Assembly: GCA_963705295.1 (NCBI GenBank)
Contig: OY970065.1
Span: 1,824,001-1,888,000 of the forward strand
Source of the DNA: Parachlamydiales bacterium
Lineage (GTDB): Bacteria > Chlamydiota > Chlamydiia > Chlamydiales > Rhabdochlamydiaceae
Length of the DNA stretch: 64,000 bases
Direction: 5' to 3'
The notes beneath the pieces are model-generated. The model made no database searches. It saw only the letters and a list, made by a program, of their open reading frames with translations, and had not been told where the DNA came from. This document shows, piece after piece, positions 46,930-55,394 of the stretch. Position 1 is the first letter of the stretch; each line of letters begins with the position of its first letter. The position numbers and the translations under genes are program-made.

Positions 46930-48546
46930 ATGAACAAATCGATCATCGCTACGTTATTGAGCTACAGTTTATTGAGCTGTGGACTTCATGCTGTTGACTC
47001 GACTCTTCAATTGCGACATAGAGATCCAGGAGGTGTCGGTTATAGTCAAGGGTACACCTCTGTCGACTATTTCTTAGCGACGGAAGGAGATACGGCCGAA
47101 TTTCTACTCGATTTGCGAGGCCATGTCTTCAATGATGCCCGTTTTGCTGGCAATGCTGGACTGGGGGTTCGATTTCCACTCATGGATTGTGAGTATCGAC
47201 TGGGCGCGAATGCTTTTTATGATTTTCGCGATGCCTCCAATTTGTTCGCTCACCAAGTCGGTGCTGGTTTAGAGTGGCTGGGTGAGACGTTCGATGTCAG
47301 GATGAACGGCTACATTCCGTTTGGAGCAGAGAGTAAGACAGAAGAGAGGGCATTTAAAGGGTTTAGAGGCCACCATGTGATGATCTATCGAAAATCAAAA
47401 GACACCCTCCCTTGCATCGATGCCGAGGTTGGCATCCCTATGCCCGATTGGTGTTACTTTGCTGCAGGTCCGTATTATCTTCTCAAACAGAGAAATCATG
47501 GTCTAGATTTCGGAGGTGCCTGGGGAGCTAAAGTCCGTGCAGAAATGACATTTGTTCGGTATCTCACCGTTGGATTTCAGATCACACACGACCATATTTT
47601 CCATACGCGCGCCCAAGGAATCCTTGCAATCAATTTACCGATTGGAAAATGGAATAAAAGATCCGAACAAGAAGGGCGAGTCTTTTCACAAGTTCGTATC
47701 ATGAGAAATGAGATCATTCCGATCGAAGTGAAGAAAAAACGGCTCACTCCTTTAACCCATTACATCGAGGCCAAAGAGGAGAAAAAAGAGAAGAAACCCA
47801 AAATTAAGGAAGAATCTCCAACACCCTCTGAAGATGAAAAGCCTGTAAAAAAACCGAAAAAGAAAAAAGAAAAAGAGCCTAAGCCAGAGAAAGAAAAACC
47901 TGCTCCTGCTGCAGTTGTCGAACAACCTGAGCAACCACCTCCAGAAAAAAAAGGGAAGAAAGTTTTTCAAAAAGTCAAAAAAATCAAACAGAAGAAAAAA
48001 CATAAGCTAAAGAAGAAGGAAATAGAAGAGAAAGAGGAAGAAACCGTCAAATTCGTATTCGTCGATAATAAAGCCAGAAAAAAGAAAGGTGATGGGTCGT
48101 ATGAAAAACCGTTCCCTTCTTTAAAAGAGGCTGAGTCGCAATCCAAACCCGGCGATGTTATTTATGTTTTCCCTGGAGATGGAACAGCTAAAAATATGAA
48201 TGAAGGGATTGTTTTAAAAGATGAACAAGTTTTAGCGAGCTCGGGCTCTCCCCTGTTTATTGAAAATGTCATCATCCCCCCTCAAACTCCCGGTGAAAAA
48301 CCAGCCATTACCAACATTCATGAAGAACACCCTGTGATCACCAATCCGGGCAATACCTCCTTAGATGATTTTCTTTTTGTACCACCGTGGCAATTTTTGT
48401 TTGAAAACTGGTCGGAGGCCTCTCCAGCCTTTGAGGCAGGAAATCCAAATGTTGCAGCAGAAGCCGAAGGATTTCATGTCATGCCACCCCCTGTTGAACC
48501 CAATGATGGAGCAGGTGACAACTTTGTTTTAGTTGATAACAATTAA
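46930..48546 (+). CDS. Inverse-autotransporter beta-domain protein with a Lys/Glu/Pro-rich linker and a short beta-helix-type passenger start
   Basis: Signal peptide, GVGY..GYTS, DLRGHVFND, GAN.FYD.R, Q.G.GLEWLG, D.R.NGY.P, R.EII; FVDN....GDGS.E.PF.SL..A......GD.IYV.PGDG. Confidence 0.75.
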   Translation: MNKSIIATLLSYSLLSCGLHAVDSTLQLRHRDPGGVGYSQGYTSVDYFLATEGDTAEFLLDLRGHVFNDARFAGNAGLGVRFPLMDCEYRLGANAFYDFRDASNLFAHQVGAGLEWLGETFDVRMNGYIPFGAESKTEERAFKGFRGHHVMIYRKSKDTLPCIDAEVGIPMPDWCYFAAGPYYLLKQRNHGLDFGGAWGAKVRAEMTFVRYLTVGFQITHDHIFHTRAQGILAINLPIGKWNKRSEQEGRVFSQVRIMRNEIIPIEVKKKRLTPLTHYIEAKEEKKEKKPKIKEESPTPSEDEKPVKKPKKKKEKEPKPEKEKPAPAAVVEQPEQPPPEKKGKKVFQKVKKIKQKKKHKLKKKEIEEKEEETVKFVFVDNKARKKKGDGSYEKPFPSLKEAESQSKPGDVIYVFPGDGTAKNMNEGIVLKDEQVLASSGSPLFIENVIIPPQTPGEKPAITNIHEEHPVITNPGNTSLDDFLFVPPWQFLFENWSEASPAFEAGNPNVAAEAEGFHVMPPPVEPNDGAGDNFVLVDNN

Positions 48547-48552
48547 AAAAGC

Positions 48553-48580
48553 TTGATTATCAAACTCTTTTTGGTATGAT
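48553..48580 (+). promoter_or_regulatory. Putative sigma66/70 promoter of the sterol reductase gene
   Basis: TTGATT-N16-TATGAT with a TG extension, 30 nt upstream of the ATG. Confidence 0.4.
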
Positions 48581-48610
48581 CCAAATTTTTACGTAAAAAA
48601 TGGGACTTAA

Positions 48611-49915
48611 ATGAAAAAGCCTGTCACTTGGATGCGAAAAATTGGTGTTCCGCTTCTGCTCATGATTTGTTGCCCTCCTATGGCCATTTTAATGTGGTAT
48701 ACAAATGTCTATTTAAACGGATCACTTTTACAACTGTGGGATCTTTTTAAACATTTCGGATTTTTCACCACGCTCTTCGATATTTGGGGTCATATTTTCT
48801 TCGGATCACCTACTGCTTGGAAAATGATTTTTGGATTTGCGACCGTCCAACTCATCTTCATGAAACTCTTACCAGGAAGACTCATCGAAGGCCCCATCAC
48901 TCCGCATGGAAACGTCCCTGTTTATAAAGAAAATGGTGTGTTTTCGTTTGTTTTAACAATCACCTCCTTTCTTGTTTGCTCGGAGGTTCTCGATCTATTT
49001 CCCAGCACAATTATTTATGACAATTTGGGTCATCTCTTGGGGGCACTGATCATCTTTAGCATGGGATTTTGTACCTTTTTATATATCAAAGGACGCGTCG
49101 CTCCTTCTTCCAAAGATTCAGGATCGACAGGTCATTTCATTTTTGACTTTTTTTGGGGCATGGAACTCTATCCGAGGGTCTTGGGGTGGGACATTAAAAT
49201 GTTCACCAATTGCAGATTCGGGATGATGGGATGGAGCCTGATCATTCTTTCATATGCAGCAAAACAACATCAACTCTATGGACTCAGCGATTCGATGTTG
49301 GTTTCAGTCCTTCTTCAGCTCATCTACATTGGAAAATTCTTTGTTTGGGAAGGAGGATACCTCCGCTCCATGGATATCATGCATGACAGAGCCGGCTATT
49401 ACATCTGCTGGGGATGCCTTGTCTGGGTTCCCGCCATTTATACATCTCCTGCCCTCTATCTTGTGAACCATCCTAACCATTTGGGACTAGGATTATCGAT
49501 CTTATTGCTCATCGTGGGAACTCTTTCCATTTTCATTAATTATTTTGCAGACCGGCAAAGACAACGGGTGCGCACAACGGAAGGAAACTGTCTAGTATGG
49601 GGCAAAAAACCTCATCTCATCGTCGCTCATTACAAAACCTGTGAAGGAGACCCTAAACAAAACCTCCTTCTCGCATCAGGTTGGTGGGGACTCGCCCGTC
49701 ACTTCCATTATCTTCCTGAAGTTTCTGCAGCACTTTGCTGGACCCTTCCAGCACTTTTCAACTATTTTCTCCCGTATTTCTATGTCGTCTTTTTAATGGC
49801 CCTCCTTCTCGATCGTGCTTTCCGGCAAGAGAGACGGTGCCGATTTAAATACGGCGATTCTTGGGACAATTATTGTGAAAAGGTTCCCTTTAAAATGATC
49901 CCTTATCTCTTTTGA
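48611..49915 (+). CDS. Sterol delta-7 reductase (7-dehydrocholesterol reductase; ERG4/ERG24 family)
   Basis: GP.TP.G..PVYK.NG, DFFWGMELYPR, DIK.FTNCRFGMM, DIMHDRAG.YICWGCLVWVP, LL.SGWWG.ARHFHY, RC..KYG..W..YC..VP...IP. Confidence 0.93.
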   Translation: MKKPVTWMRKIGVPLLLMICCPPMAILMWYTNVYLNGSLLQLWDLFKHFGFFTTLFDIWGHIFFGSPTAWKMIFGFATVQLIFMKLLPGRLIEGPITPHGNVPVYKENGVFSFVLTITSFLVCSEVLDLFPSTIIYDNLGHLLGALIIFSMGFCTFLYIKGRVAPSSKDSGSTGHFIFDFFWGMELYPRVLGWDIKMFTNCRFGMMGWSLIILSYAAKQHQLYGLSDSMLVSVLLQLIYIGKFFVWEGGYLRSMDIMHDRAGYYICWGCLVWVPAIYTSPALYLVNHPNHLGLGLSILLLIVGTLSIFINYFADRQRQRVRTTEGNCLVWGKKPHLIVAHYKTCEGDPKQNLLLASGWWGLARHFHYLPEVSAALCWTLPALFNYFLPYFYVVFLMALLLDRAFRQERRCRFKYGDSWDNYCEKVPFKMIPYLF

Positions 49916-49918
49916 GAT

Positions 49919-51154
49919 TTAGTTTTTCGTTACTTCAAATAGATTGATGTTGAAGATACCATTTGGACCCGAGCTGGTTTCCGCTGGGGAGCCCCCTACC
50001 ACAAAGAATTTTCCATTCTTACTAAATGAGGGTAAATACGCCCCAGATGGAACAAGAGCATTTGCAGTGACACTTTTGAAGTTGTTAGATTCATCTATTT
50101 TAAAAAAAGACATATTTCCAACAGAGGGATATACTCCATCTTCACCTAGTTTAACTATTCCAAAGGTGTTGCCATCTCTATAGAAGTTTGAAGCAATAAT
50201 GTCTCCATCGGCTGCCATAGTCGCTTTCAACGATAATTTTTTTCCATCGAATACAAATTCTTGGATATTTTGATCATTCCCAGGGATGAATGTCATGGAG
50301 TCACTCGTGTCTTGAAAGATAGATACATCTCCAGAAGCTAATGCGAGAACTGTTCCAACGATAATGTTAGGATTTTTGTAATTATGGTTATCAGCAAAGA
50401 ATGTAATTGGGAACTGCGGCAAAGCTGCCTCATCGATGAGTTTAAGTTTTTTTGCACCCACTTCATAAACTTGTAAGGTAGCAGGTGGTGAAAGATAAAA
50501 CGTGGACGGATTTATATCCGCAAATCCCAAAAGAAAATAGTTTATATCTTTCCCTTTTCTTTTTAAAACAAAAGTGGCAGGACTATTTGAAAGGCCATTT
50601 ACGACAAATGTGTCTAGAGTTTTGAGATTTCTATTTAAAAGTTTAACGGTCGAAGTATACGTTGTCGTTGTCGGTTGGTTATTGGTGTAAAATAGCAGGA
50701 TAGATTTACCATCCAGTGTAATACCTGCACTGAGATTTATACTGGAGGCATCGTCATAGATCACTTCTTTAACAACCTTAAATGTACCGTTATGAAGTTT
50801 CAAGAGACGAAGCCGTACCTTAGTGTCTCCATTATTATCTAAAATGCCAAAGATTTTGAATTTTTCATCGGTGAAACAATCCCAGACACCACCGTTAGGG
50901 AAGACGAACTTGTCTAAAGGAAGAGTTGCTTTTGAAACCAATCGACCATCGACATTCTTAAAAAGTTCTAATTCAGGAACTGTTTTATCAGCTGGAGCTG
51001 AATTGTAGGCTAAAATGAGCTTACCATCATTTGAAATATTTTTGACCACAGGTGAAGCATCACGGAAAATAGCATCTGTCCGCCGAATTGTAAAGTCTCC
51101 AAAAAGAGTGCAGCAAGACAAAGCTGCTGCAGCAAAAAAACTAAACTTATTCAT
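49919..51154 (-). CDS. Exported hypothetical protein, beta-rich
   Basis: Signal peptide, GGAGG SD, recurring S.DGK / FS.NGK turn motifs suggestive of a beta-propeller. Confidence 0.6.
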   Translation of the reverse strand: MNKFSFFAAAALSCCTLFGDFTIRRTDAIFRDASPVVKNISNDGKLILAYNSAPADKTVPELELFKNVDGRLVSKATLPLDKFVFPNGGVWDCFTDEKFKIFGILDNNGDTKVRLRLLKLHNGTFKVVKEVIYDDASSINLSAGITLDGKSILLFYTNNQPTTTTYTSTVKLLNRNLKTLDTFVVNGLSNSPATFVLKRKGKDINYFLLGFADINPSTFYLSPPATLQVYEVGAKKLKLIDEAALPQFPITFFADNHNYKNPNIIVGTVLALASGDVSIFQDTSDSMTFIPGNDQNIQEFVFDGKKLSLKATMAADGDIIASNFYRDGNTFGIVKLGEDGVYPSVGNMSFFKIDESNNFKSVTANALVPSGAYLPSFSKNGKFFVVGGSPAETSSGPNGIFNINLFEVTKN

Positions 51155-51211
51155 AAAAAACCTCCGGCTTTAAAGGATATATTTAGCAAAGGTTTTTTTA
51201 TAGATAATATT

Positions 51212-51673
51212 TCAAAACTGGCAATGACCACCGTGCTTCTCTAAATATCTTTGGTGGTACTCTTCGGCTCGGTAGAACGGCTCCGCGGGTTTAATCTCCG
51301 TGACAATCGGGTGAAAACTTTTCTGCTGCAGATCATCGACAAATGCCCGCGCCTTTTGTTCTTGTTCCGCCGTATGAAAAAAAATAACCGATCGGTATTG
51401 AGAACCAATATCAGGTCCTTGCCGGTTCTTCGTCGTTGGATCGTGCATCTGAAAGAAAGCCCCTAAAAGATCTTCGTAAGAGATTTTCTTGGGATCAAAC
51501 TCGACACGGACAACTTCTGCATGTCCTGTCCGATCAGTACAAACCTCTTCATACGTCGGATTTGGAAGATTCCCTCCCGAATACCCAACTTCTGCATTTG
51601 TGACACCTTCGAGCTTTCGGAAAGCAGCCTCAATTCCCCAAAAGCAGCCACCACCAAATGTTGCTTTCTCCAT
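51212..51673 (-). CDS. msrA: Peptide methionine sulfoxide reductase A
   Basis: GGCFWG, GYSGG, TGHAE, HDPT..NRQG.D.GSQYRS, AEEYHQ.Y. Confidence 0.97.
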   Translation of the reverse strand: MEKATFGGGCFWGIEAAFRKLEGVTNAEVGYSGGNLPNPTYEEVCTDRTGHAEVVRVEFDPKKISYEDLLGAFFQMHDPTTKNRQGPDIGSQYRSVIFFHTAEQEQKARAFVDDLQQKSFHPIVTEIKPAEPFYRAEEYHQRYLEKHGGHCQF

Positions 51674-51718
51674 TTTTTCATAATAGAATAAAATCGGATT
51701 TTGTCATACCATCAGGCT

Positions 51719-52231
51719 ATGGGACAATTAGAGTTTAATATTGGCGGAATTATTTTATATATTGTCTATTCGTGCCTCCCCTGGGTACTGGGAATACTCC
51801 ACATCCGACGAAAGAAAAATGTCGAAGGTTTTCATAAGTATGAATGCTTACTCCACTACTTTCTTTTTATCGGAGTCGGACTTCAAGGGCTCATTACAGG
51901 AGTGATGCAGATCTTTTATCCAGACTATATTGCTGCATATGCTAAATGGCCCGTTTCTCCTTTTTTAGCAGAGGTGGGAATGGCTAACGTTGCTTTCGGA
52001 ATACTCGGAATTTTAAGTCTTTTTTACAAAAAAGGGTGGCAAACCGCAACGGGACTAGGATATGCACTATTTCTTGGAATGGCTGCGATTGGACATATAA
52101 AGTCAGCTTGGATGGATCACAACTTCAGTCTAGGAAATGTTGGCCCTACACTATGGTCCGATATCATCATTTCACTTTCTATTTTATTTCTATTGTTCGC
52201 TCACAGAAGGGAGAAAACCGCGCATGATTAA
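51719..52231 (+). CDS. Membrane protein (DUF6790-like)
   Basis: Several hydrophobic segments; W..SPF..EVG.AN..FG..G, GH......NFS.GN.G..L..D. Confidence 0.65.
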   Translation: MGQLEFNIGGIILYIVYSCLPWVLGILHIRRKKNVEGFHKYECLLHYFLFIGVGLQGLITGVMQIFYPDYIAAYAKWPVSPFLAEVGMANVAFGILGILSLFYKKGWQTATGLGYALFLGMAAIGHIKSAWMDHNFSLGNVGPTLWSDIIISLSILFLLFAHRREKTAHD

Positions 52232-52517
52232 ATCGTTTGCAAATCAAGAGAGTGAAGAAATCTACCACGGCATTCATACCCATACGATTCGAAAAGATCT
52301 GAGCAGTTTTCTCTTGAAAGTGGCAGAGCGGAGGATGGATATTCTCAATTGTGTCGATAGTTTGGAAGATCTCGCCCTTTGCTTGCCCGCCTATAAAGGT
52401 GAGGTCGGTGTACGGGATGGTCATGGAAAATACAGCATTCCGATCGACGACCCGTATTGGCGGATCACCTTCCGTTGGGATAATAAAGACGCTTTTGATG
52501 TCGAAGTGAAAAAGTGA
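52224..52517 (+). CDS. higB: HigB-like toxin (plasmid-maintenance-killer type), divergent
   Basis: MIKSF....E.IY.G, LEDL, G.YSI.I...WRI.FRW....A.DVE. Confidence 0.75.
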   Translation: MIKSFANQESEEIYHGIHTHTIRKDLSSFLLKVAERRMDILNCVDSLEDLALCLPAYKGEVGVRDGHGKYSIPIDDPYWRITFRWDNKDAFDVEVKK

Positions 52518-52524
52518 GGAAACC

Positions 52525-52800
52525 ATGATCCCTTCTCGAAGAAGACCCACCCATCCTGGAAAAATTCTAGAAGAAGAATTTTTAAAGCCACTCAATTTAA
52601 CTCCGAAACAGTTCGCTCAAAAACTGGGCAATCCGTGGACCGAAGCCGAGGTTAATTCCATCATCCAAGGAGAGCGTGGAATATCTGAAACAGCCGCCCA
52701 CGAATTTGCAAAGCTTCTCGGAACTCCTGTTGATTTTTGGCACCGGCTTGAATACCAATATTACCATTGGAAAGACAATCATCCATCTAGAAATAAATAA
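52525..52800 (+). CDS. higA: HigA-like HTH antitoxin
   Basis: PTHPG.IL.EEFL.PL.LT...FA..LG, I..G.RGIS...A......LGT...FW..L...Y. Confidence 0.85.
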   Translation: MIPSRRRPTHPGKILEEEFLKPLNLTPKQFAQKLGNPWTEAEVNSIIQGERGISETAAHEFAKLLGTPVDFWHRLEYQYYHWKDNHPSRNK

Positions 52801-52862
52801 TCTGGTAGAAAAAAAGTGCAATCTCTAGAATGGCGATTATGTATTTAAGAGGAGTTTTTCAC

Positions 52863-54086
52863 ATGTCTACACGTCTATCATTTGCTCTCGTCGCACTCAG
52901 TTTATGCCTCACAGCGAAGAGTTATCCGGATGAAGCACAACCTGAAATGATCCCCATGGATATCTCATCCATCGAGCCTGTTGAAATCACACCCCCAGAA
53001 GTAGTTCCTGTCCAGCAAGCTGTAGGCCCTGGTGCTGTTGTTGAAAAACCGTTTTCACCTTTCACCGGAAAAATCAAGAGAAACAAGGTGCGGATGCGTG
53101 CACTCGCTGATCTTGAAGCCCGTGTGATTAAAGAATTGCAACGGAGCGATCTTCTCGTTGTCGTCGGTGAAAAAGGAGACTTTTACGCCGTCGAACCTCC
53201 GACGGATACAAAAGCGTATGTTTTCCGTAGTTTTATTCTCGATGGAGTTGTGGAAGGTAACCGGGTGAATGTCCGTTTAGAACCGACCCTCGATGCTCCG
53301 GTGATTGGACATTTGAATAGTGGTGATACGATCAAAGGATCGATCAGTTCTTTGAATAATAAGTGGTATGAAATCTCTCCACCAGCTGGAACCCGTTTCT
53401 ATGTAGCAAAAGAGTTCATCGATTCAATCGGTGGACCTGAAGTGAAAGTGCAACTCGAGAAACGGCGCATTTCTGCAGAACAACTCATCGATGCCGCTGC
53501 ACTTCTCACCCAAGTTGAAATGAAAAAACCGTTCCGTGAGATGGACATTGAGAGAATCCGAAAAAATTATCAAACCGTGATCAATGATTACACCGAATTT
53601 CCTCAGCTCTGCGATAAAGCCAAGGAATCCCTCAATGCTCTCCAAGAAGAGCACACACAGCGAAAAATTGCCTATCTCGAAGAAAAATCAGAAGGCAAAA
53701 TGGGTGATGAAGAAGCTAAAAAAAGTGTCAAAACGGAAGTCGTTCTCAATCCTACAGACCGTATGAAAATGTGGGAGCCTTTAGAAGAAGCCATTTACAT
53801 GGCCTGGGCTACCCGGAATGAAGATCGGTCGATTGATGAATTCTACGCCGAACAACAAGAAAATGCCGTTGCACTTTCAGGTATCGTGGAAATGTACAAT
53901 TCACCCGTTAAACGTAAACCCGGTGACTTTATCATCAAAGATAAAGATCTCCCCGTCGCTTATGTTTATAGCACTCAGGTGAATCTGCAAGACCATGTTG
54001 GCAAAAAAGTCACCCTTCTTGCCGCCCCTCGCTCGAATAACAATTTTGCATTCCCCGCCTACTATGTTTTAGGGATCGCTGAATAA
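52863..54086 (+). CDS. Exported protein with two bacterial SH3 domains (CT017/Ctad1-like)
   Basis: AGGAG SD, signal peptide, FTG.I...KVRMR, G.RVNVRLEP...AP.IG.L..G, WY.I.PP, RSNNNFAFPAY.V. Confidence 0.75.
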   Translation: MSTRLSFALVALSLCLTAKSYPDEAQPEMIPMDISSIEPVEITPPEVVPVQQAVGPGAVVEKPFSPFTGKIKRNKVRMRALADLEARVIKELQRSDLLVVVGEKGDFYAVEPPTDTKAYVFRSFILDGVVEGNRVNVRLEPTLDAPVIGHLNSGDTIKGSISSLNNKWYEISPPAGTRFYVAKEFIDSIGGPEVKVQLEKRRISAEQLIDAAALLTQVEMKKPFREMDIERIRKNYQTVINDYTEFPQLCDKAKESLNALQEEHTQRKIAYLEEKSEGKMGDEEAKKSVKTEVVLNPTDRMKMWEPLEEAIYMAWATRNEDRSIDEFYAEQQENAVALSGIVEMYNSPVKRKPGDFIIKDKDLPVAYVYSTQVNLQDHVGKKVTLLAAPRSNNNFAFPAYYVLGIAE

Positions 54087-54097
54087 AGAATTAAGAG

Positions 54098-54231
54098 AAA
54101 CCACAGAGCCACAGAGAAAATGCAAAAGAGAATATTTCTTGCAGCGAAGCTGCCTCGGTGATCTCGGTGTGCTCGGTGGTAAAATTCTTCTTTCTCCTCC
54201 TAACTCATCTTTCTCTGTGGCTCTGTGGTTT
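54098..54231. repeat. Palindromic element with perfect 22-bp terminal IR, internal GCAGCGAAGCTGC hairpin and 9-bp-spaced CTCGGTG units
   Basis: AAACCACAGAGCCACAGAGAAA (54098-54119) / TTTCTCTGTGGCTCTGTGGTTT (54210-54231). Confidence 0.85.
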
Positions 54232-54260
54232 TTCCCAATCCTGCCTAAAATAAGTATTTT

Positions 54261-55028
54261 ATGGAATTAAGAGAGTGGGCTATTCAAATTCTCAGCACTG
54301 ACAAGCTGGAAGAAAAACTTTTCTGTCCCGAGGTTTTGACCGATTTTTCTCCAGGAACTCCCCTTTTATGGAAAGAACCAGTCAGACCTCCCGGGATGGG
54401 ATTTCATAAACATACCCGGCGGGATAAACTTCCACGGATTCATGAACTGCACCATCTCGATAAACGGGCAGCCTGCCTCCATCGGTTTGCAGGTCACGAA
54501 CTCCTAGCCGTAGAAATTATGGCGTATGCTCTTCTCGCATTTCCTGACGCTCCTCCTAACTTCCGCAAGGGAGTCGCCCATACTTTAAAGGAAGAGCAGC
54601 ACCATGTCCGTCTGTATCAAAAAAGGATGCAAGAGCTAGGAATAAAATTTGGCGATCTTCCCCTCTACCGACATTTTTGGTCGTATGTTCCCCACCTCCA
54701 AACTCCCCTTCAATACGTCAGCGTGATGAGCCTCACTTTTGAAATGGCCAATCTCGATTTTGCACCTTACTATGCAAATATCTTCGCGCAGCACGGAGAT
54801 TTTCTATCAAGCGAGCTGATGCAACGGATTTTTGAAGACGAAATAAAACATGTTTCGTTTGGATACCGATGGCTGAACAAATTGAAAGATCCTCATCAGC
54901 CATCTTTTGAAACCTGGAAAGCAAATCTTCCACCCAAAACGACCCCCTCTAGAGCAAAAGGGCCCCAATTCTTCGCCAATCACCGCCGCTTAGCGGGCAT
55001 CGACGAAGAATGGATCAGATCACTTTAA
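54261..55028 (+). CDS. Ferritin-like DUF455 protein
   Basis: LH.FA.HELLA.E, EE..H, E.ANLD, I..DEI.HV.FG..W, R..AG. Confidence 0.85.
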   Translation: MELREWAIQILSTDKLEEKLFCPEVLTDFSPGTPLLWKEPVRPPGMGFHKHTRRDKLPRIHELHHLDKRAACLHRFAGHELLAVEIMAYALLAFPDAPPNFRKGVAHTLKEEQHHVRLYQKRMQELGIKFGDLPLYRHFWSYVPHLQTPLQYVSVMSLTFEMANLDFAPYYANIFAQHGDFLSSELMQRIFEDEIKHVSFGYRWLNKLKDPHQPSFETWKANLPPKTTPSRAKGPQFFANHRRLAGIDEEWIRSL

Positions 55029-55187
55029 TTTTTTCTTGGGCAGCTTTGCGCCACCTTTTCTAGCTTGACTATACGCAATCGCTACAGCCTGCTTCGTGGA
55101 CATCCCCGGATGGGCATGTTTCTCACGCCGTATATTTTCTGAAATTCCTTTTTTCGATGCTGCTTTTTTTCCTTTAACAAGTGGCAT
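55020..55187 (-). CDS. Small basic protein (55 aa), DUF6496-like; absent from the ORF track
   Basis: Manual translation MPLVKGKKAASKKGISENIRREKHAHPGMSTKQAVAIAYSQARKGGAKLPKKKLK; TAAGGAG SD. Confidence 0.75.
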   Translation of the reverse strand: MPLVKGKKAASKKGISENIRREKHAHPGMSTKQAVAIAYSQARKGGAKLPKKKLK

Positions 55188-55197
55188 ACTTTTCTCC

Positions 55198-55338
55198 TTA
55201 TAGTTGTCCGAAAAGACCCATCACACCAATGACGATGAGATAGATCGCGACAATAAAATTTAGAATCTGCGGGAAAATTAAAATCAAAATCCCTGCAATT
55301 AACGCAATTACAGGATGCACAACTGGATGGACTACCAT
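55198..55338 (-). CDS. Small membrane protein (46 aa), DUF3096-like; absent from the ORF track
   Basis: Manual translation MVVHPVVHPVIALIAGILILIFPQILNFIVAIYLIVIGVMGLFGQL; AGGAG SD. Confidence 0.8.
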   Translation of the reverse strand: MVVHPVVHPVIALIAGILILIFPQILNFIVAIYLIVIGVMGLFGQL

Positions 55339-55394
55339 ATTTCTCTCCTATAATTAGCATAATAATTAGCACGGATTTATTTAAAAGGACTATT

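Noticed and set aside
55082..55372. 96-aa Cys-rich ORF from the track
   Set aside because: The same DNA is better explained by two small ORFs in other frames with strong SD sequences and family-like sequences.
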